Positions 7,673 to 17,533 of a DNA stretch of 64,000 nt are shown here, one piece after another. How positions within the stretch are numbered: position 1 is the stretch's first letter; each line of letters starts with the position of its first letter. Origin of the DNA: Candidatus Auribacterota bacterium (GTDB lineage Bacteria; Auribacterota; JAFGBW01; JAFGJP01). A program made the translations under genes and the position numbers. Where the stretch lies: the NCBI GenBank assembly GCA_023144635.1, contig JAGLFH010000037.1, forward strand, positions 26,489-90,488. Reading direction: 5' to 3'. Below the pieces are notes generated by a model, which was not told where the DNA came from, did no database searches, and saw nothing but the letters and a program-made list of their open reading frames with translations.

Positions 7673-9832
7673 TTACCTCCAGATCTTGTCAATAAAAGGA
7701 AATACTGGAATATGTGAACTTTTCTTTGCAATAAAAACATGAACATTTCGACCATGAACCAGTTTTGATTTAAAGAAAGCCTCTACATCTTCTATAGAAG
7801 TTTTATCATACTGAGTAACAAGAAGTGTCATATCTGCATGAGGTATGACTGTCTGCCAGTCGTCAGACAAATGAGTCGGTGTATTTTCAATAAATATCAC
7901 TTTATAATGACGCCTAAGAATAGGAATAAAATCTTTTAAATGCGCAAGGAGATAATATTCAACAGGAGAGACCCCCTTACCGCCTGCATAGAAATAATCT
8001 ATACCGTCTTTTGTTTTTTTTGTCATTATCTTTTCTAATTTATCTTCATCCACATCCTCTGCCTGAAAAGAATCCTCTTCATTTGAAGTCACTTCTTCAA
8101 GATTTGGATACTGAGCACTTCCCGATGTATTAAGATTTATTATCACCGGCTTAAGACCAAGTTTATTCAGGAAAACTGCCCAGTGATGCAACAAAAACGA
8201 CTTCCCTTCTTTACCGTTTATGCTGATAACTTGCACAACAAGTGAACTTCCATTCGTGTTTGAATATAACGTCCTTGTAAAATCTCTGATATTTCTTTCT
8301 GCAAATACTTTATGCCCCATATGTACAGACGGGAACTTCGGTACAGTACGCATTGAAGATATACCTTTTTGAAATTCAGCAAGATCTTCTTTTGACCTTA
8401 TCCTTCGTTGAGGAAGATCTATAAAAATTATGATAAAGAGACATACTGCACATGCAGAGCCCAGACACAATGCCAGAATGATAAATTTCCCTGATGTCTT
8501 TACAGGAGGCAAAGCAGGAGAAATTATTTTAACGACTTGAAGCTGCTCCTTATTCATTATTATTCTGTTCTTCTGCTGCTCCTTAATAAGGAACTGGTAA
8601 ACTTTTTGAGCAGTCGTAAGATCCATTTTGAACCTTACCATCTCCATTTCCAAAGCCGGAAGATCTTTTAATTTTCTCTCATAGATATCAACTATATCTT
8701 TGAGCGCTTCTTTCTTTGAGATCAATGCATATTTTTCGGATTCATTTTCAATAATACCTTTTAAAATATCCTGAATAAAAGGCTCTGTTGGAAGATTGTC
8801 ATAATTATCATTTACCATTCGCCTTATCTTATCTTTCATCTGTTTTTTCAGTTCATTGATCTGCCTGCGTATTGATTCAGCAGCACCAGGTGTAGCATAT
8901 CTATTTCGCTGTACGTTAAAATACTCATGTTCTAAAGAGACAAGTGCATTACGCGATTCTATAATAGATGAAGAATCAAACATCTCATCTGATTTTTTTA
9001 AATTTGATGCATATTTAGTAAACTTCTCTTTTAAGTTTTTGATAATTGCTGTCTTTTCTTTGATAGAGATTGCTACAATATTAAGCTCTGAATTATAACG
9101 GCTTAACGTTTCAAGATCTATTTTTGCTTCCAATGCAAGAGAATCGCTAAGTGCTATATTATATTCTCTTTGAAACCTTTCCATCTGGTCCTGAATATCA
9201 TGAAACTCACGTCGGGATCTTTCTGCTTCAGCAAGAACAAAGTCATACTGCAATTTTGCTTCACTATGCATAATATCAAGAAGTTTTTTTGAATACTCTG
9301 ATATGAGAACAGATACTATTTTATCGACCTTATCCCGGTAAGAATACTCTGCTTTTATTTTTGATATAAAAGTAAAAGGCTCATTTTTTATCTTTAGTAT
9401 ATTCTTTTTTAAAACTTTTATTTTTTTTCTTATTTTTCGCTCTTTTTTATCTTTAAGGTCTTTTTCAGTAGCATATTTGTCCATTATATTATCAAGCAGC
9501 CTTCCAACAGTAAGTTGAAAATAATCATATTTTATATCATCAACAAGATTTAGCTGCTCCACTACTTCACGAAGCACAGCATCGCTTTTTAAAAGAGCCA
9601 CATTAGTTTTCATATAGACAAGCGCACCCTGAGCTTCCATTGCAGGAGTTTCAACTGATGTTAAAGAAAGATTAGGGCTGATCATTATTTCAGCTTCTGA
9701 GCGATATTTGGGAAGAAAAATTATTTTAAGGAAAAATAATCCTGTAAAAAAAATAAAAATTAATGTAAAAATAAAAAATCTTTTAAAAAAGATCTCTGTT
9801 AATCTGGTAACAATTTTTTTAAATTCTTTCAT
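7673..9832 (-). CDS. polysaccharide chain-length determinant (Wzz/GumC-like) with C-terminal degenerate P-loop domain
   Basis: 719 aa; N-terminal TM, long coiled-coil periplasmic region, second TM, then a C-terminal domain with a degenerate Walker-A-like segment (SINGKEGKS). Confidence 0.55.
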   Translation of the reverse strand: MKEFKKIVTRLTEIFFKRFFIFTLIFIFFTGLFFLKIIFLPKYRSEAEIMISPNLSLTSVETPAMEAQGALVYMKTNVALLKSDAVLREVVEQLNLVDDIKYDYFQLTVGRLLDNIMDKYATEKDLKDKKERKIRKKIKVLKKNILKIKNEPFTFISKIKAEYSYRDKVDKIVSVLISEYSKKLLDIMHSEAKLQYDFVLAEAERSRREFHDIQDQMERFQREYNIALSDSLALEAKIDLETLSRYNSELNIVAISIKEKTAIIKNLKEKFTKYASNLKKSDEMFDSSSIIESRNALVSLEHEYFNVQRNRYATPGAAESIRRQINELKKQMKDKIRRMVNDNYDNLPTEPFIQDILKGIIENESEKYALISKKEALKDIVDIYERKLKDLPALEMEMVRFKMDLTTAQKVYQFLIKEQQKNRIIMNKEQLQVVKIISPALPPVKTSGKFIILALCLGSACAVCLFIIIFIDLPQRRIRSKEDLAEFQKGISSMRTVPKFPSVHMGHKVFAERNIRDFTRTLYSNTNGSSLVVQVISINGKEGKSFLLHHWAVFLNKLGLKPVIINLNTSGSAQYPNLEEVTSNEEDSFQAEDVDEDKLEKIMTKKTKDGIDYFYAGGKGVSPVEYYLLAHLKDFIPILRRHYKVIFIENTPTHLSDDWQTVIPHADMTLLVTQYDKTSIEDVEAFFKSKLVHGRNVHVFIAKKSSHIPVFPFIDKIWR

Positions 9833-10048
9833 AGCCCGTTTTCTGTAATGTATTATTGTTATTTAAATATAGTTTAACATAATACATATAAAATGTCAAC
9901 TTCTAATTAATATTTAATATATACCTATCTCCCTGAGTTACAACATAATAACTATTATTTCATATATTGATCAAATAAACACTACTATGCATATTTTTGA
10001 TACTTACATGAATTTTTGAAGAAAATGAAAAAAAATCAAAAATACAAC

Positions 10049-10711
10049 TTATCTTGAACGGGATTTTTCTATGTTTTTTTTGATTACCGAAAAATTTGAT
10101 GTCGAAGAACCTACCATATGCCCTTTTTTATCATATACGCTGACACTGGGTATAGATGTTATCTTGTGCTGTTTTGCAACAGGACTACCCCAATTATCAA
10201 TGTTTATCTTTCTTAAGATAACATCATCATATTTTTTTATTAGATCTTCAAGCTTAGGGCCCAACACTTTACACGGACCGCACCAATCAGCATAAAAATC
10301 AAAGACAACAACGTACCCCCTTACTGTATTACTTTTAATGTTTACCTTGCTGCCCTTTGATATGGTTTTTATTCTTGCAACATTACCTAATAATTTCTTT
10401 CTTGGCTGTGGACTTTCTTTTAAGCCTGGATCAGCTTCTTTTGCTTTAGAACCAGTTTTTTTTGACTGTATATAGACTCTTTTTATTTCTGAAACATTGA
10501 CTTTTTCTGTTTTATTATCACTCATCTTTACAAGATATCTTTTACCGTTAAAATACAATAACTTTCCCTTAATGACCTGACTGTCCTTTTTTATTATCAT
10601 GACAATCTGCTCAAACCCTTTGTTTTCACTGAAATAAATATTCTCTGAAAAATAAGAGCCTATTATGATTATCAGCAATACTACCATAATGAAAATTAAG
10701 AAATTCTTCAT
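10049..10711 (-). CDS. thioredoxin-domain protein, membrane anchored
   Basis: 220 aa; N-terminal TM; C-terminal FDFYADWCGPCK thioredoxin active site (WCGPC); AGGAAA SD. Confidence 0.7.
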   Translation of the reverse strand: MKNFLIFIMVVLLIIIIGSYFSENIYFSENKGFEQIVMIIKKDSQVIKGKLLYFNGKRYLVKMSDNKTEKVNVSEIKRVYIQSKKTGSKAKEADPGLKESPQPRKKLLGNVARIKTISKGSKVNIKSNTVRGYVVVFDFYADWCGPCKVLGPKLEDLIKKYDDVILRKINIDNWGSPVAKQHKITSIPSVSVYDKKGHMVGSSTSNFSVIKKNIEKSRSR

Positions 10712-10775
10712 ATTTTTTCCTGTGTTTTATATTAAATATTTTACTATAAATAACTTTTAGATTAAAGCTAAAGGA

Positions 10776-11474
10776 TCAATTGTCATACAGAAATGATATC
10801 CTCTTCTTTTTTCTGAAAAACGACAGCAAAAAGACCCCCATAATAAATCCTCCTATGTGAGCCCACCAAGCAACGCCTCCTGATGATAATGAATCTTGCG
10901 AAGACAAAGCTGAAAATATCTGTATAAGTAACCATAACCCAAAATAAAAAAATGCAGGAACTTCTAAAAAATAAGGTATGAAAAAAACAGGAACAAGGAC
11001 AACTATTCTTGCCCTTGGAAATATTAGCATATAAGCCCCCATGACAGCTGCTATTGCCCCTGAAGCACCTATTATAGGAACAGCTGAATGAATATTAAAT
11101 AAAAAATGTGCCATATTTGCAATAACTCCACAAAGTATATAAAAAACCAGAAACCCAACATGACCTACATGATCTTCCACATTGTCTCCAAAAAGCCAAA
11201 GCGTCCACATGTTCACAAAAAAATGCATCCACCCACCATGAAGGAACATATTTGTAATAAACGGTAATGGATTATACTGCAGAAGAGCTCTTTCCATTGC
11301 CCAATTAAGATCAATATAGCGGGCAGGAACCATACCGTAAATCGCAAAAAACCTCTGTAAAGCATCCTTTGAGAGTGATTTTTCATACAGAAAAACTAGA
11401 GCACTTACAATTATGATAGCCCCTGTCATAAGAGGAGGTTTTTGATGAGGGTTTATATCATTAAGTGGTATCAT
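10776..11474 (-). CDS. rhomboid family intramembrane serine protease
   Basis: 232 aa polytopic; GASGAIAAVMGAY (catalytic Ser motif GxSG) and AHIGGFIMG (catalytic His). Confidence 0.85.
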   Translation of the reverse strand: MIPLNDINPHQKPPLMTGAIIIVSALVFLYEKSLSKDALQRFFAIYGMVPARYIDLNWAMERALLQYNPLPFITNMFLHGGWMHFFVNMWTLWLFGDNVEDHVGHVGFLVFYILCGVIANMAHFLFNIHSAVPIIGASGAIAAVMGAYMLIFPRARIVVLVPVFFIPYFLEVPAFFYFGLWLLIQIFSALSSQDSLSSGGVAWWAHIGGFIMGVFLLSFFRKKKRISFLYDN

Positions 11475-11595
11475 ATCTTTAATTTTCTCTTACATTTACT
11501 ATAAGCTAACATCTTTCTAAATCAAATAATAATTATTATTATTGACCAAAACGTTTTCAAACATAATAATTACTCTAAATTTAAAGGAGGGCTTA

Positions 11596-11700
11596 ATGAG
11601 GGTAATTGAAGATGATTTTGAAGATGACCTAGGGGATGATTTTGAAGATAATGAAACAGATGATGATGCTGAAGATGATGATAACTATGACTATGATTAA
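11596..11700 (+). CDS. small highly acidic peptide (34 aa)
   Basis: ATG 11596 preceded by GGAGG with 5-nt spacer; MRVIEDDFEDDLGDDFEDNETDDDAEDDDNYDYD; followed by a perfect 16-bp hairpin plus T5 at 11751-11791. Coding status unproven. Confidence 0.3.
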   Translation: MRVIEDDFEDDLGDDFEDNETDDDAEDDDNYDYD

Positions 11701-11750
11701 TCTTTTGAAGACGAAGATAATCAAGATTAATGAGTGAATTTAATAATATA

Positions 11751-11791
11751 CTACAAAGGACAGCATTCAAATGCTGTCCTTTGTAGTTTTT
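11751..11791 (+). terminator. intrinsic terminator-like hairpin (16-bp perfect stem, 4-nt loop, T5)
   Basis: ctacaaaggacagcat-tcaa-atgctgtcctttgtag followed by ttttt; ends 8 nt before the rlmN ATG. Confidence 0.6.
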
Positions 11792-11799
11792 AGGTCACC

Positions 11800-12837
11800 A
11801 TGGAAAAAAATGACATAAAACTTATTGATACTGAAAAGCTAAAAGCCATTATGACATCAAATGGTTTTAAGGCATATAGAGCCTCCCAGATACAACACGC
11901 AATATGGAAAGAAGGCGCAAATACCTTTGAGATGATGCCCATTCCTTTAAACCTTAAAGATTTTCTTAAAAAACATTTCTATATTTATACTTGTAAGGTC
12001 ATAAATAAAAGTTCCAGTAAGGATGGAACCATTAAATTTCTTTTAGAATTTTTGAATAAAACATATATAGAAACAGTTTTTATTCCGTCATCATCACACA
12101 ACACACAATGCATATCATCCCAATCAGGATGCAAAATGAGATGTCGTTTTTGCGCAACAGGTGAAAGTGGTTTTAAACGAGATCTTTCAGCCGGAGAAAT
12201 AATAGAACAGATCCTGATAATACAGAAATTAACCGGAGAAAGTATCGGAAATATTGTTGTTATGGGAATGGGAGAGCCTTTTGAAAATTATAACAATTTA
12301 ATGCAGGCGATCCGTATCATAAATTCAAAACATGCTCTTAACATAGGAGCAAGAAGAATCACTGTTTCAACTGTAGGGATCCCAGAAGCGATAAAACGCT
12401 TTGCTGATGAAAACATACAGGCACGGCTTTCGATATCACTTCATGCAAGCGAAAATTCACTTCGCTCTCAAATAGTACCCATAAACAAAAAATATCCAAT
12501 AGAAGATATATTAAAAGCCTGTCGTTATTATAATAAAAAAGCAAAAAAATATGTCAGCTTTGAATACATCCTTTTAAAAGGGATAAATGACTCTGAAAAA
12601 CATGCAATATCACTTTCAAAAAGACTAAAGGGCTGGAAATGCAGAGTAAATTTAATTCCTTACAACCCTGTAAATTCATCAGAATTTATGCGATCAGATA
12701 ATGGTCAAATAAAAACTTTCAGTAACATCCTTAAAAAGTTCGGCATCAATACCACCATAAGAAAAGAAAGAGGCGTGGACATAAAAGCAGCTTGCGGCCA
12801 GTTAAAAAGTTCTTTTTTGAAAAACAAAAATACTTAA
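11800..12837 (+). CDS. rlmN: 23S rRNA (adenine2503-C2)-methyltransferase RlmN, radical SAM
   Basis: 345 aa; FKAYRASQ N-terminal motif, CxxxCxxC radical-SAM cluster (CKMRCRFCATG), GMGEP motif. Confidence 0.9.
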   Translation: MEKNDIKLIDTEKLKAIMTSNGFKAYRASQIQHAIWKEGANTFEMMPIPLNLKDFLKKHFYIYTCKVINKSSSKDGTIKFLLEFLNKTYIETVFIPSSSHNTQCISSQSGCKMRCRFCATGESGFKRDLSAGEIIEQILIIQKLTGESIGNIVVMGMGEPFENYNNLMQAIRIINSKHALNIGARRITVSTVGIPEAIKRFADENIQARLSISLHASENSLRSQIVPINKKYPIEDILKACRYYNKKAKKYVSFEYILLKGINDSEKHAISLSKRLKGWKCRVNLIPYNPVNSSEFMRSDNGQIKTFSNILKKFGINTTIRKERGVDIKAACGQLKSSFLKNKNT

Positions 12838-12907
12838 CCAATATTTTGCCTGGTCTTAATTTTTATAAGACTTTATAATATGTTCAATTAAATAAAAGTA
12901 ATAAAAT

Positions 12908-13717
12908 ATGATAAAAAAACGTTTAAATGTTCATTTATTACAATTTTCAATTTCCTGGGAAAAAAGGGAAAAAAATTTTAAAAAAGTCTTATCGATTTTA
13001 AAGAAAAACCGCATTAAAAAAGGAAGCATTATCTGCCTTCCGGAATATTTCGCAACAGGGTTTACATTGAATTCGCGTAACCTTGCCGAAGATGAAAAAG
13101 GACCAACATCATCATTTTTATCCTTCCTTGCCAAAGAATATAGCTCTTTTGTAATAGGCTCATCAATAATAAAAACAAGTAATAAAAAAAGGCCAACCAA
13201 CAGTGCACTTGTCTTTTCTTCCAATGGGAAAAGAATTGTTCGTTATGACAAGTCTCATCTTTTTACACCAGGCAAAGAAAAAACATTTTATTCAAGAGGC
13301 AAAAATATTTCTACATTTAAGGTAAAAGGGAAATTGTTTGCAGTTGTTATCTGTTTTGACTTAAGATTTCCTGAACTATTCAGGATACTTTATGAGAAAA
13401 ATGTAACCGGTATATTTGTAATTGCAAACTGGCCGGAGACAAGACATCACCACTGGGAAACACTTCTTCGAGCAAGAGCAATTGAAAATCAGTGCTTTAT
13501 TTTTGGAGTAAATAGAAAAGGTTCCTCGCCTTACCAAAACTATAAAGGCGGTACTTCAATTATAGGCCCTTTTGGAAATATTATAGAAAGTTCAGGCAGG
13601 AAAAATATGATTTCTGCTGAAATAGATATTAACAATGCAGATAATGAGAAAAAAAGATTTTCAATAAAGAATGATAGGGCTTTTGATACTTATAAAAAAT
13701 ATAATCCATATAAGTGA
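12908..13717 (+). CDS. carbon-nitrogen hydrolase (nitrilase superfamily)
   Basis: 269 aa; catalytic Cys context ICFDLRFPE and overall Nit/omega-amidase-like layout. Confidence 0.8.
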   Translation: MIKKRLNVHLLQFSISWEKREKNFKKVLSILKKNRIKKGSIICLPEYFATGFTLNSRNLAEDEKGPTSSFLSFLAKEYSSFVIGSSIIKTSNKKRPTNSALVFSSNGKRIVRYDKSHLFTPGKEKTFYSRGKNISTFKVKGKLFAVVICFDLRFPELFRILYEKNVTGIFVIANWPETRHHHWETLLRARAIENQCFIFGVNRKGSSPYQNYKGGTSIIGPFGNIIESSGRKNMISAEIDINNADNEKKRFSIKNDRAFDTYKKYNPYK

Positions 13718-13733
13718 GGACAGAGGGAAGAAC

Positions 13734-13790
13734 AGTTAATTGGTTTACTTGTTAAATAGTTAACTGGTTCAAGGAGCACTGAAGCGCGAT
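13734..13790 (+). repeat. intergenic repeat module (CAGTTAATTGGTT...GTTAACTGGTTCAAGGAGCACT)
   Basis: About 55-nt module also at 50633-50690 (+) and 46503-46557 (-). Confidence 0.6.
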
Positions 13791-13846
13791 AATTATAAAA
13801 AAAAAGATAACTGTGTAAGGAAAAATTACAATTTACATTTTGCGTG

Positions 13847-13885
13847 GATCCCGCGGTTAAACACGCGGGATGACATACGTTTTGG
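13847..13885 (+). repeat. hairpin repeat module (GATCCCGCG...CGCGGGATGACATACGTTTT)
   Basis: 8-bp stem atcccgcg/cgcgggat; second copy at 43281-43316 has the same stem and a different loop. Confidence 0.55.
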
Positions 13886-13982
13886 TTTCGAATTTTAAAC
13901 CTTTTACGGGGGTTGCTTCGTCGCAATAAATCACAATGATTTACTGCTTCTCGCAATGATAACGTTTTCTTTTTTATTACTT

Positions 13983-14020
13983 TTTATACGGGCGTATTGC
14001 AATACGCCCCTACATACTTT
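13983..14020 (+). repeat. REP-like hairpin unit
   Basis: tacGGGCGTATTGCAATACGCCCctacatac; perfect 20-nt palindrome, identical to 48090-48109. Confidence 0.75.
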
Positions 14021-14134
14021 TATGTTTTTCTCTTCGTGGTTTTTGTGGTTAATTAAAATAATGCGTCGCAGACACCATAATTTTAAGTACTTTAGCTCAC
14101 TTTAGGCATTTAAAACTTTATATATCTGTCTTAC

Positions 14135-14509
14135 CTAGGCGGGATTTAAAACTTCTGAAATTTTACTGATCACATCTTCAAATTTGAAAGGTTTTACTAT
14201 ATATCCTGCTGCTCCTACCTGCAACGCCTCTTTTAATTCCTCGACAAGAGATCTACCGGAAATCATTAGAACAGGAATATCCTTTGTTAAATCATCTCTT
14301 TTTAATTTTCTGCATGTTTCAACTCCGTCTATCCCGGGCATTTTTCTATCAAGCAATATTATATCAGGCCTACTTGTTCTCGCTTTTTCTATACCCTCTT
14401 CACCACTGCCTGCCTGAATAACTTCATACCCATTTTTCTGGAGGTCAAACTTAAGAATAAACCTTAAATCCTCTTGATCATCAATAACTAAAACCAGTTT
14501 CTTATCCAT
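14135..14509 (-). CDS. response regulator, stand-alone receiver domain (CheY-like)
   Basis: 124 aa; VIDDQEDLRF ... ILLDRKMPGIDG ... KDIPVLMISG ... KPF receiver motifs. Confidence 0.85.
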   Translation of the reverse strand: MDKKLVLVIDDQEDLRFILKFDLQKNGYEVIQAGSGEEGIEKARTSRPDIILLDRKMPGIDGVETCRKLKRDDLTKDIPVLMISGRSLVEELKEALQVGAAGYIVKPFKFEDVISKISEVLNPA

Positions 14510-14606
14510 AGTACAAAAACTCTTTTTTTTATTAAAATTTTATTTGTAGCTCAATCATAAAATAACAGTTTCTAAAAATTTTATCAATAAAACTATTATT
14601 TTATCG

Positions 14607-15914
14607 TTAGAATCCATATACAAGCGGATCATAATTTAAGATACTTAATATAGCCTGTGCCGCTCCTATCACACTTAAATTACCTTTTTTAGGAGTATTA
14701 AAACCATGACCTTTCGGCACATCCGGTAAAGTTGCATAAGGATAACAAAAAGTCCCATTATCATCTATTGCAAGCTCCATCATGCTTTTCAATAGTTCAA
14801 GCCTTTTTTTGGAGTATCTATTTGATCTTTCATTTTTACCTAACCTTTCAAAATCACTTGATAATCTTTGATATGCATTTATTAGCTGAAATGTCCACTC
14901 GGGTGATACAAGCACTTCTCTATTTAACTTTTTGGCTGTTTTTTTATCAATAAAATCAGCACCTTTTACGAAAACTTCTTTCCCGTCAGGCTTTATAAAA
15001 CTTACAATGGATACACAATTATTTTCTACAAACTCAATAATATTTATCGCAAGTCCGGCCTCTATAGTATCCAGCACTTCCACACCAAGAGCTGAAATAC
15101 CCCAAGTTTGAACATCTGTAGCAACATTTTCATCAGGTTCCTTTCTGCAACCTCTATTAAATCGTTGCTGGGTTTTATTAAAACCCGCTTTTTTTATCCA
15201 AATTAAAATATTTTTATTAGCAGAATTGTATTTTTCATTTTTTGTTTCCTGATAAAGCAAATTAAACAAAGCATATGCATCTATGTTATGCTCGGTTGCA
15301 AAGATTTCCGTAAAGCTATAATCCGGCATTTTTTCAAAAATATCTGAAGTTACGATTGCCTGATCCTTTGGATATATAGGGTCTCCCTTTGGCCCCAAAG
15401 GGATGCCACCGTAATTAATATCTGTTTTATCCTTATTCTGTAAAGATAAATTAAAATCAGCTAGCTTAATGGCAAAACTTAAGTATTTCTTCTCACCCGT
15501 TGCTTTATAAAGATGAAAAGATGCAATTCCCATCCAAAGGTTCTCACCAGACCATACAAGCCAGCTTACTCCTGCATTAGGTTCATACGCAAAAACCCCA
15601 CCTATAAGCCCTCCTAGTCTCCATACATTTTCTTTTGACATATAAAGATCTATTATTTTTTTTGCCTTATCAATGTTACCCGATGCAGTATAAGCTAAAG
15701 CTACCACTGCCGCATCATAAGTAATACACCATTTTTCAAACCTTTTATCACCAACATGGCTATATGGAAGACCGGTATCAGGATCAGAGTTCTTTGTTAT
15801 CCATTTTAAAAAACCATCAATATTGTTCTTATATAAATCTGCATGGATCTCTTTAAAACAAAAAGTAATTGCAAATAAAATGATAAATAAAATAAGTTTA
15901 TAATTAGGTTTCAT
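14607..15914 (-). CDS. hypothetical secreted protein
   Basis: 435 aa with N-terminal signal peptide (MKPNYKLILFIILFAITFCF); no family recognised by eye. Confidence 0.5.
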   Translation of the reverse strand: MKPNYKLILFIILFAITFCFKEIHADLYKNNIDGFLKWITKNSDPDTGLPYSHVGDKRFEKWCITYDAAVVALAYTASGNIDKAKKIIDLYMSKENVWRLGGLIGGVFAYEPNAGVSWLVWSGENLWMGIASFHLYKATGEKKYLSFAIKLADFNLSLQNKDKTDINYGGIPLGPKGDPIYPKDQAIVTSDIFEKMPDYSFTEIFATEHNIDAYALFNLLYQETKNEKYNSANKNILIWIKKAGFNKTQQRFNRGCRKEPDENVATDVQTWGISALGVEVLDTIEAGLAINIIEFVENNCVSIVSFIKPDGKEVFVKGADFIDKKTAKKLNREVLVSPEWTFQLINAYQRLSSDFERLGKNERSNRYSKKRLELLKSMMELAIDDNGTFCYPYATLPDVPKGHGFNTPKKGNLSVIGAAQAILSILNYDPLVYGF

Positions 15915-15943
15915 ATTAGAAATTGATTGAAGAGATTAATTTA

Positions 15944-16195
15944 TCAGATAGAACTGTCATCTAATATTAAAACAGGTTCAACTAACTCAGATTCTATCCA
16001 TATTTTGTGATTATTTCCGAGATTTGGTATTCTTCCGAGTTTGACTTCAATATGCCCATCAGGGCTTACGTTTGTAACTTTTAGAGCTTTGCCTACATTG
16101 TTTTCAAGATATGATACTATTTCTTTTGATAACTTATAGACTTCTTCCGGCACTTTCAGCATTTTAACAAAACCGCCTACTTTTAATTTGCTCAT
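15944..16195 (-). CDS. hypothetical protein (83 aa)
   Basis: ORF co-directional with neighbours and tightly spaced; no recognisable motif. Confidence 0.4.
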   Translation of the reverse strand: MSKLKVGGFVKMLKVPEEVYKLSKEIVSYLENNVGKALKVTNVSPDGHIEVKLGRIPNLGNNHKIWIESELVEPVLILDDSSI

Positions 16196-16343
16196 TTTTA
16201 TTACCTTTTCTAATTAAATATTATGTTTAAGAAAATCGTGTCCAGAGTGGACTTTCAAGTTTTAATAATACAATTTTTGGTTTAAAATCCAAAGAAATAA
16301 TTAAAACACTAATTCTCCATTAGTTTTTTCATTTTCATCCTTT

Positions 16344-17069
16344 TTAAATTTTCTTTTGTTCTTTATTATACCAGAGTAAAGAACAAACCGATTTAAAGCA
16401 TATTCCAAAAGGAAATAGAATAAGAACAAAAACCATTAAAAAAGCACGTATTGGATTTTCTATTCTTCTATTTGATGTAGTTACAGGATGATCGGTAATT
16501 ATATCAAATGACATTTTTCTTTTTTTACCCCAAACAAACATATTTCTTGAAAACCATATTTCCTCACTTGCATAAACTTTCTCGCTAAATCCTCCGATAT
16601 CATCAAACGCTTGCCTAAGGCAAAAAACAAAACACCCTGCAGCTAAAGAAAATTTTACTGATGCAAAAGTCCATAGACTCATAAGAGTTCCTGCAAAAAA
16701 ACCTATTGGTTTATCCATTGTTACGATTACTCCGCCGCCACAACAAGTTCCTGTTGATAATTTTTTTAAAGCATCTTGTAAAAGATCTTTTGATAAGACA
16801 GTATCTGCATCTAAAAAAACAAGATATTTACCCTTTGCTATATTTCCACCTTTATTCCTGGCACGTGATATCTGGTTTACTGGTTCAAAAACTACCTTTG
16901 CACCATACTCTTTCGCTACTTTAGAAGTTTTATCAGAAGAATTGTTATCAACAACAATGACCTCACCCAAAAAATCTATTTTTTTCATAGCTTCATTTAA
17001 TGCTTTTAAAGACTTTGGAAGCCAAGTCTCTTCATTAAAGCTGGGAATAATAACAGAATAATCGATCAT
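16344..17069 (-). CDS. glycosyltransferase family 2
   Basis: 241 aa; YSVIIPSFNEE ... VVDNNSSD ... FLDADTV (GT2 DxD region) plus C-terminal TM. Confidence 0.8.
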   Translation of the reverse strand: MIDYSVIIPSFNEETWLPKSLKALNEAMKKIDFLGEVIVVDNNSSDKTSKVAKEYGAKVVFEPVNQISRARNKGGNIAKGKYLVFLDADTVLSKDLLQDALKKLSTGTCCGGGVIVTMDKPIGFFAGTLMSLWTFASVKFSLAAGCFVFCLRQAFDDIGGFSEKVYASEEIWFSRNMFVWGKKRKMSFDIITDHPVTTSNRRIENPIRAFLMVFVLILFPFGICFKSVCSLLWYNKEQKKI

Positions 17070-17452
17070 TTTGAGATTAATAGATCCAGGATAACAGCCA
17101 GTATCGACATAAAGAAAATAAAAAAGTAGTTAATACCTTCTTTTGTTTTAACAAGAGATGATAATATGTATGAAATAAGATACCTGTCTTCAACAGAAAT
17201 CTCCTTTTCACATTCTATTTTTGCAATAAGATCATTTTTTCTGATTATTCTTTTTCTTTTTTTAGATATATAACCTCTATATGCAAAAAAATAGATATAA
17301 CCAATAACAGCAAAATACCATACAGGCCTTACAAGGTGGGGATAAAGCTTATCTATAACAGTAAGTGAGCGGAAACAAGCCGCACAAATAATACCTATAA
17401 TAAAGGTGAAAATTATAACCAGTCTCGAAGCTGTTTCAGGTTTTTTATTCAT
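17066..17452 (-). CDS. small integral membrane protein
   Basis: 128 aa, hydrophobic N- and C-terminal segments; stop overlaps the GT2 start (ATGA), suggesting co-translation. Confidence 0.5.
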   Translation of the reverse strand: MNKKPETASRLVIIFTFIIGIICAACFRSLTVIDKLYPHLVRPVWYFAVIGYIYFFAYRGYISKKRKRIIRKNDLIAKIECEKEISVEDRYLISYILSSLVKTKEGINYFFIFFMSILAVILDLLISK

Positions 17453-17533
17453 TTTTTAAATTTTAGACTTATTTTAGAATACTTGCAATGATTAGAAATA
17501 AAGAGAAAACAATTTATGAAGGATAGAAATGAA

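Noticed and set aside
11570-11770. 66-aa histidine-rich ORF on the minus strand (ORF track)
   Set aside because: It is the antisense reading of the GAT/GAA-rich acidic small ORF (11596-11700, plus), which has a proper SD; the His run arises from ATC/ATG... complements read as CAT/CAC. No SD on the minus strand.
14080-14125. Possible tRNA (tagctcactttagg resembles a D-arm box) and tRNA-like T-arm resemblance of GGGTTCGTGAAT motifs
   Set aside because: No acceptor stem, anticodon arm or GTTCGAATCC T-loop can be assembled; the sequences are members of repeat modules occurring in several spacers.
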